Shown here: piece by piece, positions 54,327 through 64,000 of the stretch
Numbering within the stretch: position 1 is the stretch's first letter
How the letters are laid out: every line of letters begins with the position of its first letter
DNA from: Dehalococcoidia bacterium
GTDB lineage: Bacteria; Chloroflexota; Dehalococcoidia; SM23-28-2; WHTN01
Assembly (NCBI GenBank): GCA_009377715.1
Contig: WHTN01000004.1
Coordinates: 4,753-68,752 of the forward strand
DNA: 64,000 nt
Direction of reading: 5' to 3'
The notes under the pieces: model-generated
Database searches by the model: none
What the model was told of the DNA's origin: nothing
Seen by the model: the letters and a program-made list of their open reading frames with translations, nothing else
Translations under genes and position numbers: made by a program

Positions 54327-56024
54327 TTAGGCCTTCACCCAGGCTTGGGCGAAGCGATGCGACTCGATGGGCAGCTGCTTGTAGCCGCCGATCTTAGGCG
54401 CCACGGCTACGTCACCGTTGCTGGTGAATGCAGCCATGCCGGCCGCGTCATCGATGATGCGCTTCTGTATCTCCTTGAGGATCGCCTTCCGCTCCTCTGG
54501 GTTGTTCAGTATAGTCGACTGACGGTCGATCAGATCGTCCAGTTCCCTATCGCCGAGCTGCTTGAAAGCCGCCGCGTCGGTGCCGCTGGAGTGGAAGAAC
54601 AACCGCAAATGCCCGTTGGTACCGCCACCGCTTGTCCTGTGGCTACCGAGGTAAAGTTCGGAATCGCCGCGGATGTAAGCGCGCTCGGTGATTTCGGTCT
54701 TGTCCAAGAACCGGATAGTAGGCTCGACACCGATCTCCTTTAGGTTTCCGACGAATAGTTCGCCGGCCACCCTGGTCTCTGTGCCAGCTACCCCGACATC
54801 CAAAACCGGCTTCCAGCTGCCGAGATCAACGCCCGCAGCAGAAAGAAGCTGGCGCGCTTGCTGGACGTCCCTGCCCATGAGGCTCTTAAGCTCAGCCTCC
54901 GATAGATGCCAATCGACGCCGGGCAAATAGACGCCTGCGTTTAGCCAGGCGCTGCCGAAGTACACGTCACGGATGATCGCCTCACGGTCGATCAGGCGGT
55001 TAATCGCCTGACGCACCCTCTGGTCGCCATTCAGGCCTTGAGCTGGCATGGCGATCAACGAGATAAAGCTCCCGGCCTGCCACAACTTAGAATCAACAAC
55101 CTGGAGGTCAGGTAAGCTCTGCTGCAACAGCCTCGTTACCTGACCGTTGGTTGGGATGGTGTGTCCTTGCCCCGATCTGAAAGCTGCCTGGGCAGTGTTG
55201 GCATCAGCTATGATGATCCTGTTGTAGGAATCGGCGTAAGGCTGACCCTGGATAAAGTAGTCAGGGTTGCGCCTTAGCTCTAGGACCTGCTCGGGTATCC
55301 ATTCGTCGAAGATCCACGGGCCGCTACCGATGGCCGGGCCGTTCTTAAGGTCGCCATTTACTTCGACCGCTTCCCTAGCCACAATCTTTTGGCGGGAGTC
55401 AGCTACGGCGTACATGAAGTCGGCATCGGGGGTTTTCAGCGTCATCCGGATCGTGCTGTCGTCGGGAGCCTCGACCTTCTCAATCACTGAAATAATCCCC
55501 GCGTTCGTCTTCTCAGATACGATCCGCTGGTAACTGTAAACGATGTCCTGCGCGTTGAGCACACGACCGCTCACTGGAGCGATGTTCTGCCATTTGACGT
55601 TCGGTCGCAGCTTGAACGTAAACGTCTGGGGGTCCGGGTTCTCGAAGCTCTCAGCTAGATCGCCGGTAAAAGCTATCTGCTCTGGGTACTTATCGAGATC
55701 GAACTTCATCAGACGGCTGTAAACCATGGCCGGGCCGGTCTCGTGGAGGACCGCGAACGAGTTACCGTGCGGGTCCATGTGAGGCAGGGCTTCTGTGCCT
55801 TCATTAATGAACACAAACGTTCCGCCACTCGTCGGCTGCTCTGCCGCCCCAGGGGAACTACCGCCCGTCGCCGTCCCTGTCGGTCCGCCGGCTTCCTCTT
55901 CCTCGCCGCAGCCGATAACGGCCGCTGCTGCTAGGCCTGCGCTGCCCAGGGCTGTCCCTTGCAGAACGCGCCTGCGGCTCAGCCGCCGCTGCCAAAACTT
56001 CTGCCAGTAAACTGTCTCAGACAA
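54327..56024 (-). CDS. ABC transporter substrate-binding protein, family 5 (peptide/opine/nickel type), Tat signal lipoprotein
   Basis: twin-arginine SRRRVLQG followed by ..AVIGCG.. lipobox; 565 aa. Confidence 0.85.
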   Translation of the reverse strand: MSETVYWQKFWQRRLSRRRVLQGTALGSAGLAAAAVIGCGEEEEAGGPTGTATGGSSPGAAEQPTSGGTFVFINEGTEALPHMDPHGNSFAVLHETGPAMVYSRLMKFDLDKYPEQIAFTGDLAESFENPDPQTFTFKLRPNVKWQNIAPVSGRVLNAQDIVYSYQRIVSEKTNAGIISVIEKVEAPDDSTIRMTLKTPDADFMYAVADSRQKIVAREAVEVNGDLKNGPAIGSGPWIFDEWIPEQVLELRRNPDYFIQGQPYADSYNRIIIADANTAQAAFRSGQGHTIPTNGQVTRLLQQSLPDLQVVDSKLWQAGSFISLIAMPAQGLNGDQRVRQAINRLIDREAIIRDVYFGSAWLNAGVYLPGVDWHLSEAELKSLMGRDVQQARQLLSAAGVDLGSWKPVLDVGVAGTETRVAGELFVGNLKEIGVEPTIRFLDKTEITERAYIRGDSELYLGSHRTSGGGTNGHLRLFFHSSGTDAAAFKQLGDRELDDLIDRQSTILNNPEERKAILKEIQKRIIDDAAGMAAFTSNGDVAVAPKIGGYKQLPIESHRFAQAWVKA

Positions 56025-56183
56025 ATAGAGCCTCCTTCGATACTTTCCGGTTTTTACCGTATGTTTTGGTTATACAGGAACCGAAACTTACGATCAACTT
56101 GACTGTTTCTATTATAGCATCGGTGGACAAGCGCGAATTGAGATAATAGCTAAAGCAACGAGGGCTACCGCGGATAGCGTTCG

Positions 56184-57434
56184 TTACGATTGCATCGTCG
56201 CGGGCGCCATTCGCCTGCTTAACCCCAGGACGCCCAAGCCGGAGACTGTCAGTGCAGTACAGGTCAGATATAAAGCGTTGTAGCCGGCCGCAGAAATTAT
56301 GAAACCGCTCAACAAGCCGCCCACCATAAAAGCTAGCTGAAAGGAAGCCGAGAACGTCGCCCAAGCTGCCCCTTGCCTTCCTGCAGGGGTCCGGTCCATC
56401 ACCATAGCCATAGCGGCGGGCGTGATTGCCGCACCACCAACTCTATATATCAGCGAAGCCAGTAGCAGCGTTACGAAGGTAGTCGCTTGCGTAAACAAGA
56501 AGATGCCGACCGCAGAAATGACAAACCCAACGAACAGAGAGGCGTCCCTACCGATCCTATCCGACGCACGGCCGAGCGTTAACTGGGCTACCACGGCAAC
56601 TACGCCACCGATAAGGAAAATAGCAGCGACATTGTCGATGCCACGGTCGCGGGCGAGCAGTGGCAGAAACGAAGTGGTAGCGGGGCCGGTAGAGATGCTA
56701 AGTAAAACGAAACTGGAGGGTAGCAGCGCCTCTTTTTCGAAAAGCGCCGAAAGAAAGCTCTGCGATCTTTGGGCGGGTCTAACCGGCCGCGGCTGGCTCT
56801 CGATACCTACGACGGCGAAGGCGCCGAAGAAGCCCAGTAAACCAGCGAGCAAAAAGACTATTGCAAACCCATTGGCGTCGAGAAGCCATAAGCCCAGCGC
56901 CGGTAGGGCTGCCGGCCCGGCGGTCAAGGCAACTTGGTAGTAGCCCGCCGCTTCACCGCGGCGCGTTGCCGGTGTCAGAATCCCGACCATCGATTGCCCG
57001 CCAGGCCCAACTCCTGACCAGCCGACGCCCGTAGCGATTTGAGCGAAGTACGGGGTAACGCCGCTTGGGACGAGCCAGCTCAGGCTGCCCAGACCTACTA
57101 GGACCGAACCGTAGGCGAACACACCCGTGGCCTTCCAGGCGTCGATTAATCGCCCTGCAAGTGGTCTTAGGATAAAGCCGATAGCGCCGAAGATGGCTAT
57201 GACGATCCCTGCGGTTGCGCTAGATCCGCCTAGATCGACAACTCGTAGAGGAATAATGGGCCCTAGTATCGATGTGCTGCTGTAAGCGAAACAAGCAGCC
57301 AGGCAGACCAAGGCAAACGAACGAGTCCATAACTTACCACTCGGGCTAAAGGCGTCGGAAGCTTCAGTGCTTACCGTAGTGACATCTCGCCGCCTTCGCC
57401 AAGGTAAGGGGAACCCCTTCTCGGCCATTACCAC
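56184..57434 (-). CDS. MFS transporter
   Basis: 12-TM ORF, 416 aa. Confidence 0.8.
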   Translation of the reverse strand: MVMAEKGFPLPWRRRRDVTTVSTEASDAFSPSGKLWTRSFALVCLAACFAYSSTSILGPIIPLRVVDLGGSSATAGIVIAIFGAIGFILRPLAGRLIDAWKATGVFAYGSVLVGLGSLSWLVPSGVTPYFAQIATGVGWSGVGPGGQSMVGILTPATRRGEAAGYYQVALTAGPAALPALGLWLLDANGFAIVFLLAGLLGFFGAFAVVGIESQPRPVRPAQRSQSFLSALFEKEALLPSSFVLLSISTGPATTSFLPLLARDRGIDNVAAIFLIGGVVAVVAQLTLGRASDRIGRDASLFVGFVISAVGIFLFTQATTFVTLLLASLIYRVGGAAITPAAMAMVMDRTPAGRQGAAWATFSASFQLAFMVGGLLSGFIISAAGYNALYLTCTALTVSGLGVLGLSRRMAPATMQS

Positions 57435-57475
57435 CCGACCCTAACACAGAGACTATCCTTTAACAACTAAAAAAT

Positions 57476-57501
57476 CAGGGGCGCACAGCCGTGCGCCCCT
57501 G
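57476..57501. repeat. palindromic repeat, family 2 copy (CAGGGGCGCACAGCCGTGCGCCCCTG)
   Basis: read directly; intergenic. Confidence 0.5.
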
Positions 57502-57525
57502 CATATGTACGTTTCTGGCGACTAC

Positions 57526-59886
57526 CTAATCATCATCGTCGTCGTCATCGTTGCCGCGGTTGTTCCCACGTTCGTTATCATTATTTTGGCTTCCGTTGTT
57601 ATTGTTACCCTGGTTGGAATTCGAGTTTTGCTGGCCCCGGTCGTTGTTCGACTGAGAGGGGCCAGGTGTAGTAATCGAAGGCGCGTCGCCGCTCCGAGCC
57701 ACATCGGCAGGCACTTGTCCCGGATTATACCTACTAAGGCCGGCTACTGCAAGGTCGGATGAGCATCTGCCGCTTACACAAGCGGTTAGGTTAGTCAGAC
57801 CGGGCGGTCTTTCGAAGTTCTTCACTGATACGCCTTCATGAGCCGCAGCCATGAATGCTTTCCAGATCGGGCCGGCCGTTCCGGAAGCAAATGAGTCAGT
57901 CCTCATAAACGTGCCGTCCGAGTTTCCTACCCAGATCGCAACCGCGATATCGGGAGTGTAGCCTGCTATCGTCGCATCGCGGAATTTTTCGCTGGTGCCG
58001 GTCTTGACCGCAGCAGGGCGCCCGACAGTGAGACCGCTCCAGGTGATCACTTCCTTTGAAAGGATATCGGTGATGATGTAGGAGGCAGCCGCCGGTACTA
58101 CTTCTTTCTCTTCGGGCTGATCGAATTCGTAAAGCACCTTGCCCTCAGAGTCCTCGACGTGGAGGACGGCAACCGGGTCGAGTTCCCTGTAGCCATCGGG
58201 GAACTCCTCACCGCTTTCCAAATCGCCGACCGAGGGCATGCCGCTCATCACGCCATTGTTCGCGAGCACCGAGTAGGCGTACGCCAGATCCAACAGATGC
58301 AACTCGCCTCCACCTATTGTTAGCGAAGGCCCGTAGAGGCTCCTATCCTGCAAGCCTGTGATACCCATCTTATGGAGCGTGTCGATGACGTTGTCCACAC
58401 CAACGTCGATCATCGACCGTACGGCTGGCACATTCATGGACTCGGATAGCGCTTTACGCATGGTTACCGGCCCCAGATACCGGTCGTTCCAGTTCTGTAC
58501 CGTGCCGCGATCGGCATTGCAAATCGGAGGGCACGGGATCGGCCGGTCCCAAAGTATGGTGCCGGCGCTCCACCCCTGAAGAAGCGCTGTCAGATAAGTA
58601 AACGGCTTCATAGTGGAACCAGGAGAGCGATCGCGAGTGGCAACGTTAACTTCGCCATCAACATCGCTTCGCCAGTAGTCCCGGCTACCTACCATTACTA
58701 GTATCTCCCCCGTCTCAGGATCGATGGCGACCAGCGAGCCATTGTGCGCGTTATAAGTATTCTCAACTGAACTAATATGATCTTGGACTATAGTTTGCGC
58801 TCTGTTCTGCAGTTGTAGATTGAGGCTAGTGGTGATCTTCAGACCACCTGTTGATATGAGAGTCTCGCAGTCTGTCCCTTGCGGCACATCCAGATATCCC
58901 CGTTCGCACATTCGCTTCAACGAGTCCCTTACGTAGAAAACGAAGTGGGGCGCATTTAGCGGAAAGTCGGATGCGATGAAAGTTAACTCCTGCTCCTTTG
59001 CCGCTTGTGCTTCCTCAGCGCTGATATGTCCGTGCTGGACCATAAGGTCTAACACCTGGTGCTGGCGATTTATAGCTGCCTCGTAGTTCTCTGATAGCGT
59101 CGGAGTGTAGTAGCCAGGCGCTTGAGGTATACCGGCCAACAGTGCTGATTCAGCTAAGTTCAAATCCATGGCAGATTTGTCGAAGTACCTTTTAGCGGCT
59201 GCCTCGATCCCGTAGGCGAAGTTCCCGTAGTACAGCTGATTAAGGTACCACTCCAGTATTTGGTCCTTCTCGTACCGCTTAGTAAGCTCTAGCGCTAAAA
59301 CCACTTCCTTGAGCTTACGCGATAAAGTACGTTCAAACCTCTCTTCCTCAGGTATATATACGTTCTTCACTAACTGCTGTGTGATAGAGCTTCCACCTGT
59401 GCCATCGAAGAAATTTTCGTTCACGCCTGGGAAAAGGTTCTCATACGCCGCCCTGGTCAACCCTTTTATGTTGATGCCCGGGTTGTTGTAGAAGCTCGCA
59501 TCTTCGGTCGATATCGTGGCTTTGATCATCCACGGCGATATCTCTTCCAGCTTCACTGGATTCCGCAATCCCCCAAGGGGGTCCAAGAACTGATACAGGA
59601 ATTCACCATTACGATCGTATATCTGGCTTGGGCCTATGCTTACGTTCTCGATTACATTTTCCGCGGGGTCCAGTTCATCAGTGTAGCTCTGGTACAGTGC
59701 CGTGGCGCCAGCAACGGCTACACCCGATGCGACCACGAAGAAAAGACCGATAAACGCTATCGCCCATAGCCAGCGCTGAGCTTTGGACGTCTGGTGGCTA
59801 TGAAGCAGCCGTATTGCGCTCAGGCGCTGAAAACGCCTATGTTTGCGGCCGTTCCCGTTATGGTTATAGCTATGCCTAGTGGCCAT
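57526..59886 (-). CDS. class A penicillin-binding protein (transglycosylase + transpeptidase) with Asn/Asp-rich C-terminal tail
   Basis: GT51 motif ..GGSSITQQLVKN..; SxxK as STMKPF; tail ..QGNNNNGSQNNDNERGNNRGNDDDDDDD. Confidence 0.9.
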   Translation of the reverse strand: MATRHSYNHNGNGRKHRRFQRLSAIRLLHSHQTSKAQRWLWAIAFIGLFFVVASGVAVAGATALYQSYTDELDPAENVIENVSIGPSQIYDRNGEFLYQFLDPLGGLRNPVKLEEISPWMIKATISTEDASFYNNPGINIKGLTRAAYENLFPGVNENFFDGTGGSSITQQLVKNVYIPEEERFERTLSRKLKEVVLALELTKRYEKDQILEWYLNQLYYGNFAYGIEAAAKRYFDKSAMDLNLAESALLAGIPQAPGYYTPTLSENYEAAINRQHQVLDLMVQHGHISAEEAQAAKEQELTFIASDFPLNAPHFVFYVRDSLKRMCERGYLDVPQGTDCETLISTGGLKITTSLNLQLQNRAQTIVQDHISSVENTYNAHNGSLVAIDPETGEILVMVGSRDYWRSDVDGEVNVATRDRSPGSTMKPFTYLTALLQGWSAGTILWDRPIPCPPICNADRGTVQNWNDRYLGPVTMRKALSESMNVPAVRSMIDVGVDNVIDTLHKMGITGLQDRSLYGPSLTIGGGELHLLDLAYAYSVLANNGVMSGMPSVGDLESGEEFPDGYRELDPVAVLHVEDSEGKVLYEFDQPEEKEVVPAAASYIITDILSKEVITWSGLTVGRPAAVKTGTSEKFRDATIAGYTPDIAVAIWVGNSDGTFMRTDSFASGTAGPIWKAFMAAAHEGVSVKNFERPPGLTNLTACVSGRCSSDLAVAGLSRYNPGQVPADVARSGDAPSITTPGPSQSNNDRGQQNSNSNQGNNNNGSQNNDNERGNNRGNDDDDDDD

Positions 59887-60138
59887 TTACACCTCAATTC
59901 TGTGAGCTCGCAAAACGGCAATAACGTCCGCAGAAGAGGAGCGGAAGGAGCAACCCAAATATCCGACTTTACACATTACAAATTCGTAAAACCAGTTCGT
60001 CACAAATCTAGCCTTCATTACATAAGGCACTCATAAGTAAAAACGAACGAAGGCAGCAAACGGAGCACTCCCGGCACAGGCGATGAAGCGCAGCGTGAAG
60101 TGATGGACTAAATGCTTGCTCTGAGGCGCGGACTTGGG

Positions 60139-61467
60139 CTAGCGGTCTTGGGAGACAGGCTCCGCTCGCGTAGACATATTGTGATGAGCGAAGTAGTTCA
60201 TCCCCGGTAACGTCTCTAATCGCCGGTACTTAGGGTTTAACAGAGCAACTATAAGAACACAGATTGAAATTATCACGCCTGCCGTGGCAAGAGTCGCTTG
60301 GGGACCGATCTCCTCTGCCGCAATAGTCATGGGCAAAGAAGCGATGGGCATGAACGACCAGGTCATCATATAGACACTCATTACGCGCCCATGGTACTCC
60401 GGTTCGGCGTACATCATTACTAACGTATTGTTGATAGACATGAAGATAGTGCCGCAGAAGCCCATCAGCATTAAGCCCACAAGCGCAAATTCGAAGCTCA
60501 TAGCCGAAGCGAAGGTAAGTAGAAAGAGGCCGAAGCCTATACCAGCCACAAGCTGCATTTGTGACTTGCGAGGGTTGGCCGACATGGTGCTAATAACCAG
60601 CGATCCCACAAGCGCTCCCAGGCCAGCAAAGGTTGACATCATGCCCAGACCCTCAGCTCCGACGTGATGGACTGTCCGAGAGAAAAGCGGCAGTAGCGTC
60701 ATGTAAGGCATACCCAGCATCGTAACGACGAATGCCAATCCGATGAGGGTCGTGAGGACGGAACTGGCGCGGATGTACCGCAGTCCCTCGCCGATCTCTT
60801 CGGTCATCGCCCTAGGTACGCGGTCCTTAGGTACGGCACTGTGCGGCAGCCTAAACAAGGTCAGGACCACTATTAAATAAAAGAAGGCTATCAGGTAGAA
60901 AACGCCGGTTAAGCCGAAAAAGGCGAGGGCTATCAGCACGCCAGCGATCGAGGGCGCGGCGATACGAGTGAGATTCATGGCAGCGTTGCTGAGGGCTATG
61001 CCGTTCATCAGGTCTCGCTCGCTTAGGATCTCTGCCAGAAGCGCCTGGCGAGCAGGCATGTTGAAAGCAAAGATTGCGCCTTGAAATAGGCCAAGAGCGA
61101 AGAGATGCCACACCTCGATAACATCGATGTGCACCAAAATAGCGTTCGTTAAAGCCAAAACGCCCATCAGCACCTGAGAAGCGATAAGGATGCCCCGCTT
61201 CTCAAGGCGGTCAGCGACCGCGCCACCCACTAGTCCGAAGACCATCTGGGGTATACCCCAGGCCAACGCAACCAGGCCTAAGGCAATAGCTGAATCGCCG
61301 GTGATCTCCGCAGTCAGCCAACCGCGAGCGATCTGCTGCATCTGCATAGCGGAGAACGATGCGAGCATGGAGAACCAAAGTATGCGGTAATCCAGGTTGC
61401 TAAAAGCGGAAAAGGTCTTTCGCCACCCGTGTAGCTGGCTTTCCGTCTCAGCGTGCGCTACGTCCAT
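60139..61467 (-). CDS. MFS transporter
   Basis: 12-TM ORF, 442 aa. Confidence 0.8.
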   Translation of the reverse strand: MDVAHAETESQLHGWRKTFSAFSNLDYRILWFSMLASFSAMQMQQIARGWLTAEITGDSAIALGLVALAWGIPQMVFGLVGGAVADRLEKRGILIASQVLMGVLALTNAILVHIDVIEVWHLFALGLFQGAIFAFNMPARQALLAEILSERDLMNGIALSNAAMNLTRIAAPSIAGVLIALAFFGLTGVFYLIAFFYLIVVLTLFRLPHSAVPKDRVPRAMTEEIGEGLRYIRASSVLTTLIGLAFVVTMLGMPYMTLLPLFSRTVHHVGAEGLGMMSTFAGLGALVGSLVISTMSANPRKSQMQLVAGIGFGLFLLTFASAMSFEFALVGLMLMGFCGTIFMSINNTLVMMYAEPEYHGRVMSVYMMTWSFMPIASLPMTIAAEEIGPQATLATAGVIISICVLIVALLNPKYRRLETLPGMNYFAHHNMSTRAEPVSQDR

Positions 61468-61671
61468 ATCACCCTTCGCAGTCCCACATCAACTCCGCTC
61501 GCAGCATAAATATACTAAATAACAATAAGGCTTCCAGGAGATTTAGTCTATAAGCTCAACCAGGATTCATGTCTAAATACGAATAATTCTAACACACTAA
61601 ACAAATCTCCGGCTAAAATATTAGCGTAATAAGTGATAGAGCAGGAAATTTAAGAATTCCATAGCTTTATA

Positions 61672-61700
61672 TTGACAGTTACCGATCCATACTATATAAA
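61672..61700 (+). promoter_or_regulatory. candidate sigma70-type promoter in a 450-bp AT-rich divergent intergenic region
   Basis: TTGACA (61672-61677), 17-nt spacer, TATAAA (61695-61700). Confidence 0.3.
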
Positions 61701-61917
61701 GACTACATCAATGCATTAGGGCCGATCCCATTAGTACGGCTGTTTACTTACTGATAAGTTAAAACTATACTTTGCTTAGGAGTTGTAAATAGCACCCAGT
61801 GCGAGATCCTAAATATTTTTGCCGTACTTATTGTCTGATGCGGCATTTGCCTTTATACTATGGCGCAAAATTAGAAAGTGGTCCCAGAAAAAGTAAATAG
61901 TAGGGGGTAAGTGAGCC

Positions 61918-62865
61918 ATGCAACAATATATCGCCCGTAGAGCGCTCCTCATTATACCCACCATGCTTTTGGTGAGTATTTTCGTCTTCGGTATGGTGCG
62001 GGTCCTGCCCGGCGATGTGGTACTGGCGCAACTCTTTGATGCTCCCCAATTCAGGCCTGAGGACGAAGCACGGCTACGCGAAGAGCTTGGTTTGAATACC
62101 CCCGCGCCCGTCCAATACGTCGAATGGATAGGCGGAGTAGTACGAGGCGACCTTGGGGATTCCCTGTGGACGGGACGGGACGTTGCGAGCGAGATCTGGA
62201 AGCGCATGCCCGTTACCTTTGAGCTGGCTATAATGACGTTCATGATCTCCCAAATTATCGCCCTTACCGTGGGGGTGATTTCAGCGATTAGACAGGACTC
62301 TGCGATCGACTACATCTTACGAGTGTTTGCTATTGGAGGACTCTCGATACCTTTCTTCTGGATTGCTACATTAGTAATAGTTTTGGGCGCTAGATATTTC
62401 GGATATTTACCTCCACTTGTTTATCAGTCCTTTGTGGATGATCCTCTAGGGAACCTTCAACAATTTATAGTCCCTGCTGCTATCCTAGCCTTCGGTGGTT
62501 CGGCAACGACCATGCGCATGATGCGATCGTCGATGCTCGAGATCCTACGTCAGGACTACATTCGCACCGCCTGGTCGAAGGGTCTTCGTGAGCGACAAGT
62601 AATCTACCGCCACACACTCCGCAACGCGTTCCTTCCAGTAGTAACGTTACAAGGCGCCCAGATAAGCTTCCTCCTAACGGGAAGCTTGATAGCCGAGATC
62701 ATCTTCAACCTCCCCGGCACTGGTCGCTTGGCTTATGACGCCGTGATTAACCGTGACTACACGATGATCCAAGGCATCGTTTTAGTCTTTGGAACATTGT
62801 TTGTAGTGATCAACTTGGTCGTCGACCTGATTTATGCGTGGCTCGATCCTCGCATCCGCTATTAG
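61918..62865 (+). CDS. ABC transporter permease (DppB/OppB-like)
   Basis: 6-TM ORF with EAA-type loop. Confidence 0.85.
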   Translation: MQQYIARRALLIIPTMLLVSIFVFGMVRVLPGDVVLAQLFDAPQFRPEDEARLREELGLNTPAPVQYVEWIGGVVRGDLGDSLWTGRDVASEIWKRMPVTFELAIMTFMISQIIALTVGVISAIRQDSAIDYILRVFAIGGLSIPFFWIATLVIVLGARYFGYLPPLVYQSFVDDPLGNLQQFIVPAAILAFGGSATTMRMMRSSMLEILRQDYIRTAWSKGLRERQVIYRHTLRNAFLPVVTLQGAQISFLLTGSLIAEIIFNLPGTGRLAYDAVINRDYTMIQGIVLVFGTLFVVINLVVDLIYAWLDPRIRY

Positions 62866-62895
62866 AAGCAGAAACCGTTAAAGAGGAGGTCAACA

Positions 62896-63900
62896 ATGGC
62901 TGAAGAGACACGTAATGTACAGGGAAGCGGTGAAGCCGCTGTAACGACGCTAGGCCGTTATGCGGAACGATCATCGCCTATTACCAGCTTTGGCCGCGTC
63001 GTCTGGAAGTTCGCGCGTCACAAGCCCCTCGCTTTTGTGGGTGCTGTTATACTTGTGGCATTACTAGTGATCGCGATAGGGGCCGACCAGTTCGCTCCGT
63101 ACGATCCAGTCCTCACGTCTTCGGACACGCTGGAGGGGCCAAGCGTCGACCACTTGATGGGCACCGACCAATTAGGGCGAGACGTTTTCAGCCGTATCAT
63201 TTGGGGATCCCGGCCCTCGCTCTTTACCGGCTTCATGGTCGTCTCTGTTGTGGCCGTGTTCAGTCTATTGCTAGGTCTCACTTCCGCCTATCTGGGCGGT
63301 CTTTTCGACCTCACCATTCAGCGCGTCGTTGACGCTTTCATTGCCTTCCCGTCAGTGCTATTCGCTCTCACTTTCTTAACGATTTTCAAGGGCGGTATTC
63401 CGTTAGGGCCAATAGATATAGAACCCGTCAGATGGAGTACGCCTTTGATGATCGTGGTGGGGCTGATCATCATTCAGACGCCCCTTAGCTCCCGTATCAT
63501 TAGAGGCGCCACGTTCGGAATTATCAACACGCCGTACGTGGAAGCGGCAAAGGTCGTCGGCGCCAGCACTCCGCGTATAATCCTACGTCACCTGGCCCCG
63601 AACGTATTCCCTGTTGTGATCGTCATCGCTTCGGTACAGCTAGGCAGTATTATCCTGATCGAAAGCTCGCTCAGCTTCCTTGGCCTTGGGCTGCCCCCTC
63701 CGCATCCAAGCTGGGGCGGCATGCTTCAGGGGAGCGGCCGCGCTTACATGGAGATAGCGCCCGGGCTGGCGATCTTCCCAGGTGTCGCTATCAGCCTTGC
63801 GGTGCTGGCCTTTAACCTCTTCGGCGATGGGCTGCGGGACATCCTAGACCCACGGCTCAGGGGCGCTGCAGGCCGAGCGAATTTCGCTGGAGGCCGTTAG
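62896..63900 (+). CDS. ABC transporter permease (DppC/OppC-like)
   Basis: N-terminal extension then 6-TM core. Confidence 0.85.
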   Translation: MAEETRNVQGSGEAAVTTLGRYAERSSPITSFGRVVWKFARHKPLAFVGAVILVALLVIAIGADQFAPYDPVLTSSDTLEGPSVDHLMGTDQLGRDVFSRIIWGSRPSLFTGFMVVSVVAVFSLLLGLTSAYLGGLFDLTIQRVVDAFIAFPSVLFALTFLTIFKGGIPLGPIDIEPVRWSTPLMIVVGLIIIQTPLSSRIIRGATFGIINTPYVEAAKVVGASTPRIILRHLAPNVFPVVIVIASVQLGSIILIESSLSFLGLGLPPPHPSWGGMLQGSGRAYMEIAPGLAIFPGVAISLAVLAFNLFGDGLRDILDPRLRGAAGRANFAGGR

Positions 63901-64000
63901 GCTACAGAACGCATAGCAGTAATGAAAGACTCCCGCTGTATGGCGGGAGTCTTTCATTTAGAAGCGAACGGCCATTGACATGGTCAGCCATGTCACACTA

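Noticed and set aside
56017-56364. 115-aa minus-strand ORF
   Set aside because: It overlaps the 3' end of the MFS gene and the SBP start region and has no features. It is probably spurious.

Overview
This is a high-GC (roughly 60%) bacterial chromosomal segment. Housekeeping genes form its backbone: serS, lysS, greA, rsmD-coaD, leuS, a tRNA-Asp, an htrA-like protease and a class A PBP. Between them sit visibly AT-richer accessory stretches. The window also carries a Ku-LigD NHEJ pair, an MMPL/ABC-2 export cluster, a Rieske oxygenase/Ldh2 cluster, a glycogen-debranching enzyme, a DapA-family/solute-binding-protein/MFS cluster and Dpp-like permeases.

The most unusual region is a roughly 4.7-kb low-GC insertion (about 12.25-17.0 kb) wedged between the coaD-linked gene and leuS. 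It carries a minus-strand module: a leaderless XRE-ImmA fusion regulator, then a thymidylate-synthase-fold protein, then a radical-SAM/SPASM enzyme. The ThyA-fold gene has been split by an IS1595-family element. That element has clear 23-bp inverted repeats (22 of 23 identical) and a flanking 6-bp direct repeat, and it carries a passenger gene whose only HEPN-like feature is a single R-x4-H motif. The radical-SAM gene is broken by a frameshift next to an A6 run. I know of no described system pairing a ThyA-fold protein with a radical SAM/SPASM enzyme under an ImmA-type regulator, so this is my best candidate for a novel but decaying system.

Other points worth noting:
- a tandem pair of secreted modular proteins, one a frameshifted CSLREA-type beta-helix protein;
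- a membrane-anchored GH18-like protein whose catalytic Glu position is occupied by Arg;
- three families of REP-like palindromic intergenic repeats;
- a tRNA-Asp-adjacent UDP-glucose dehydrogenase remnant next to a low-GC stress-gene islet;
- a strikingly high number of frame-disrupted genes (at least 9 loci), pointing to either genome decay or indel-prone sequencing.

Everything is from reading the sequence and the ORF track. Coordinates counted by hand may be off by 1-3 nt.
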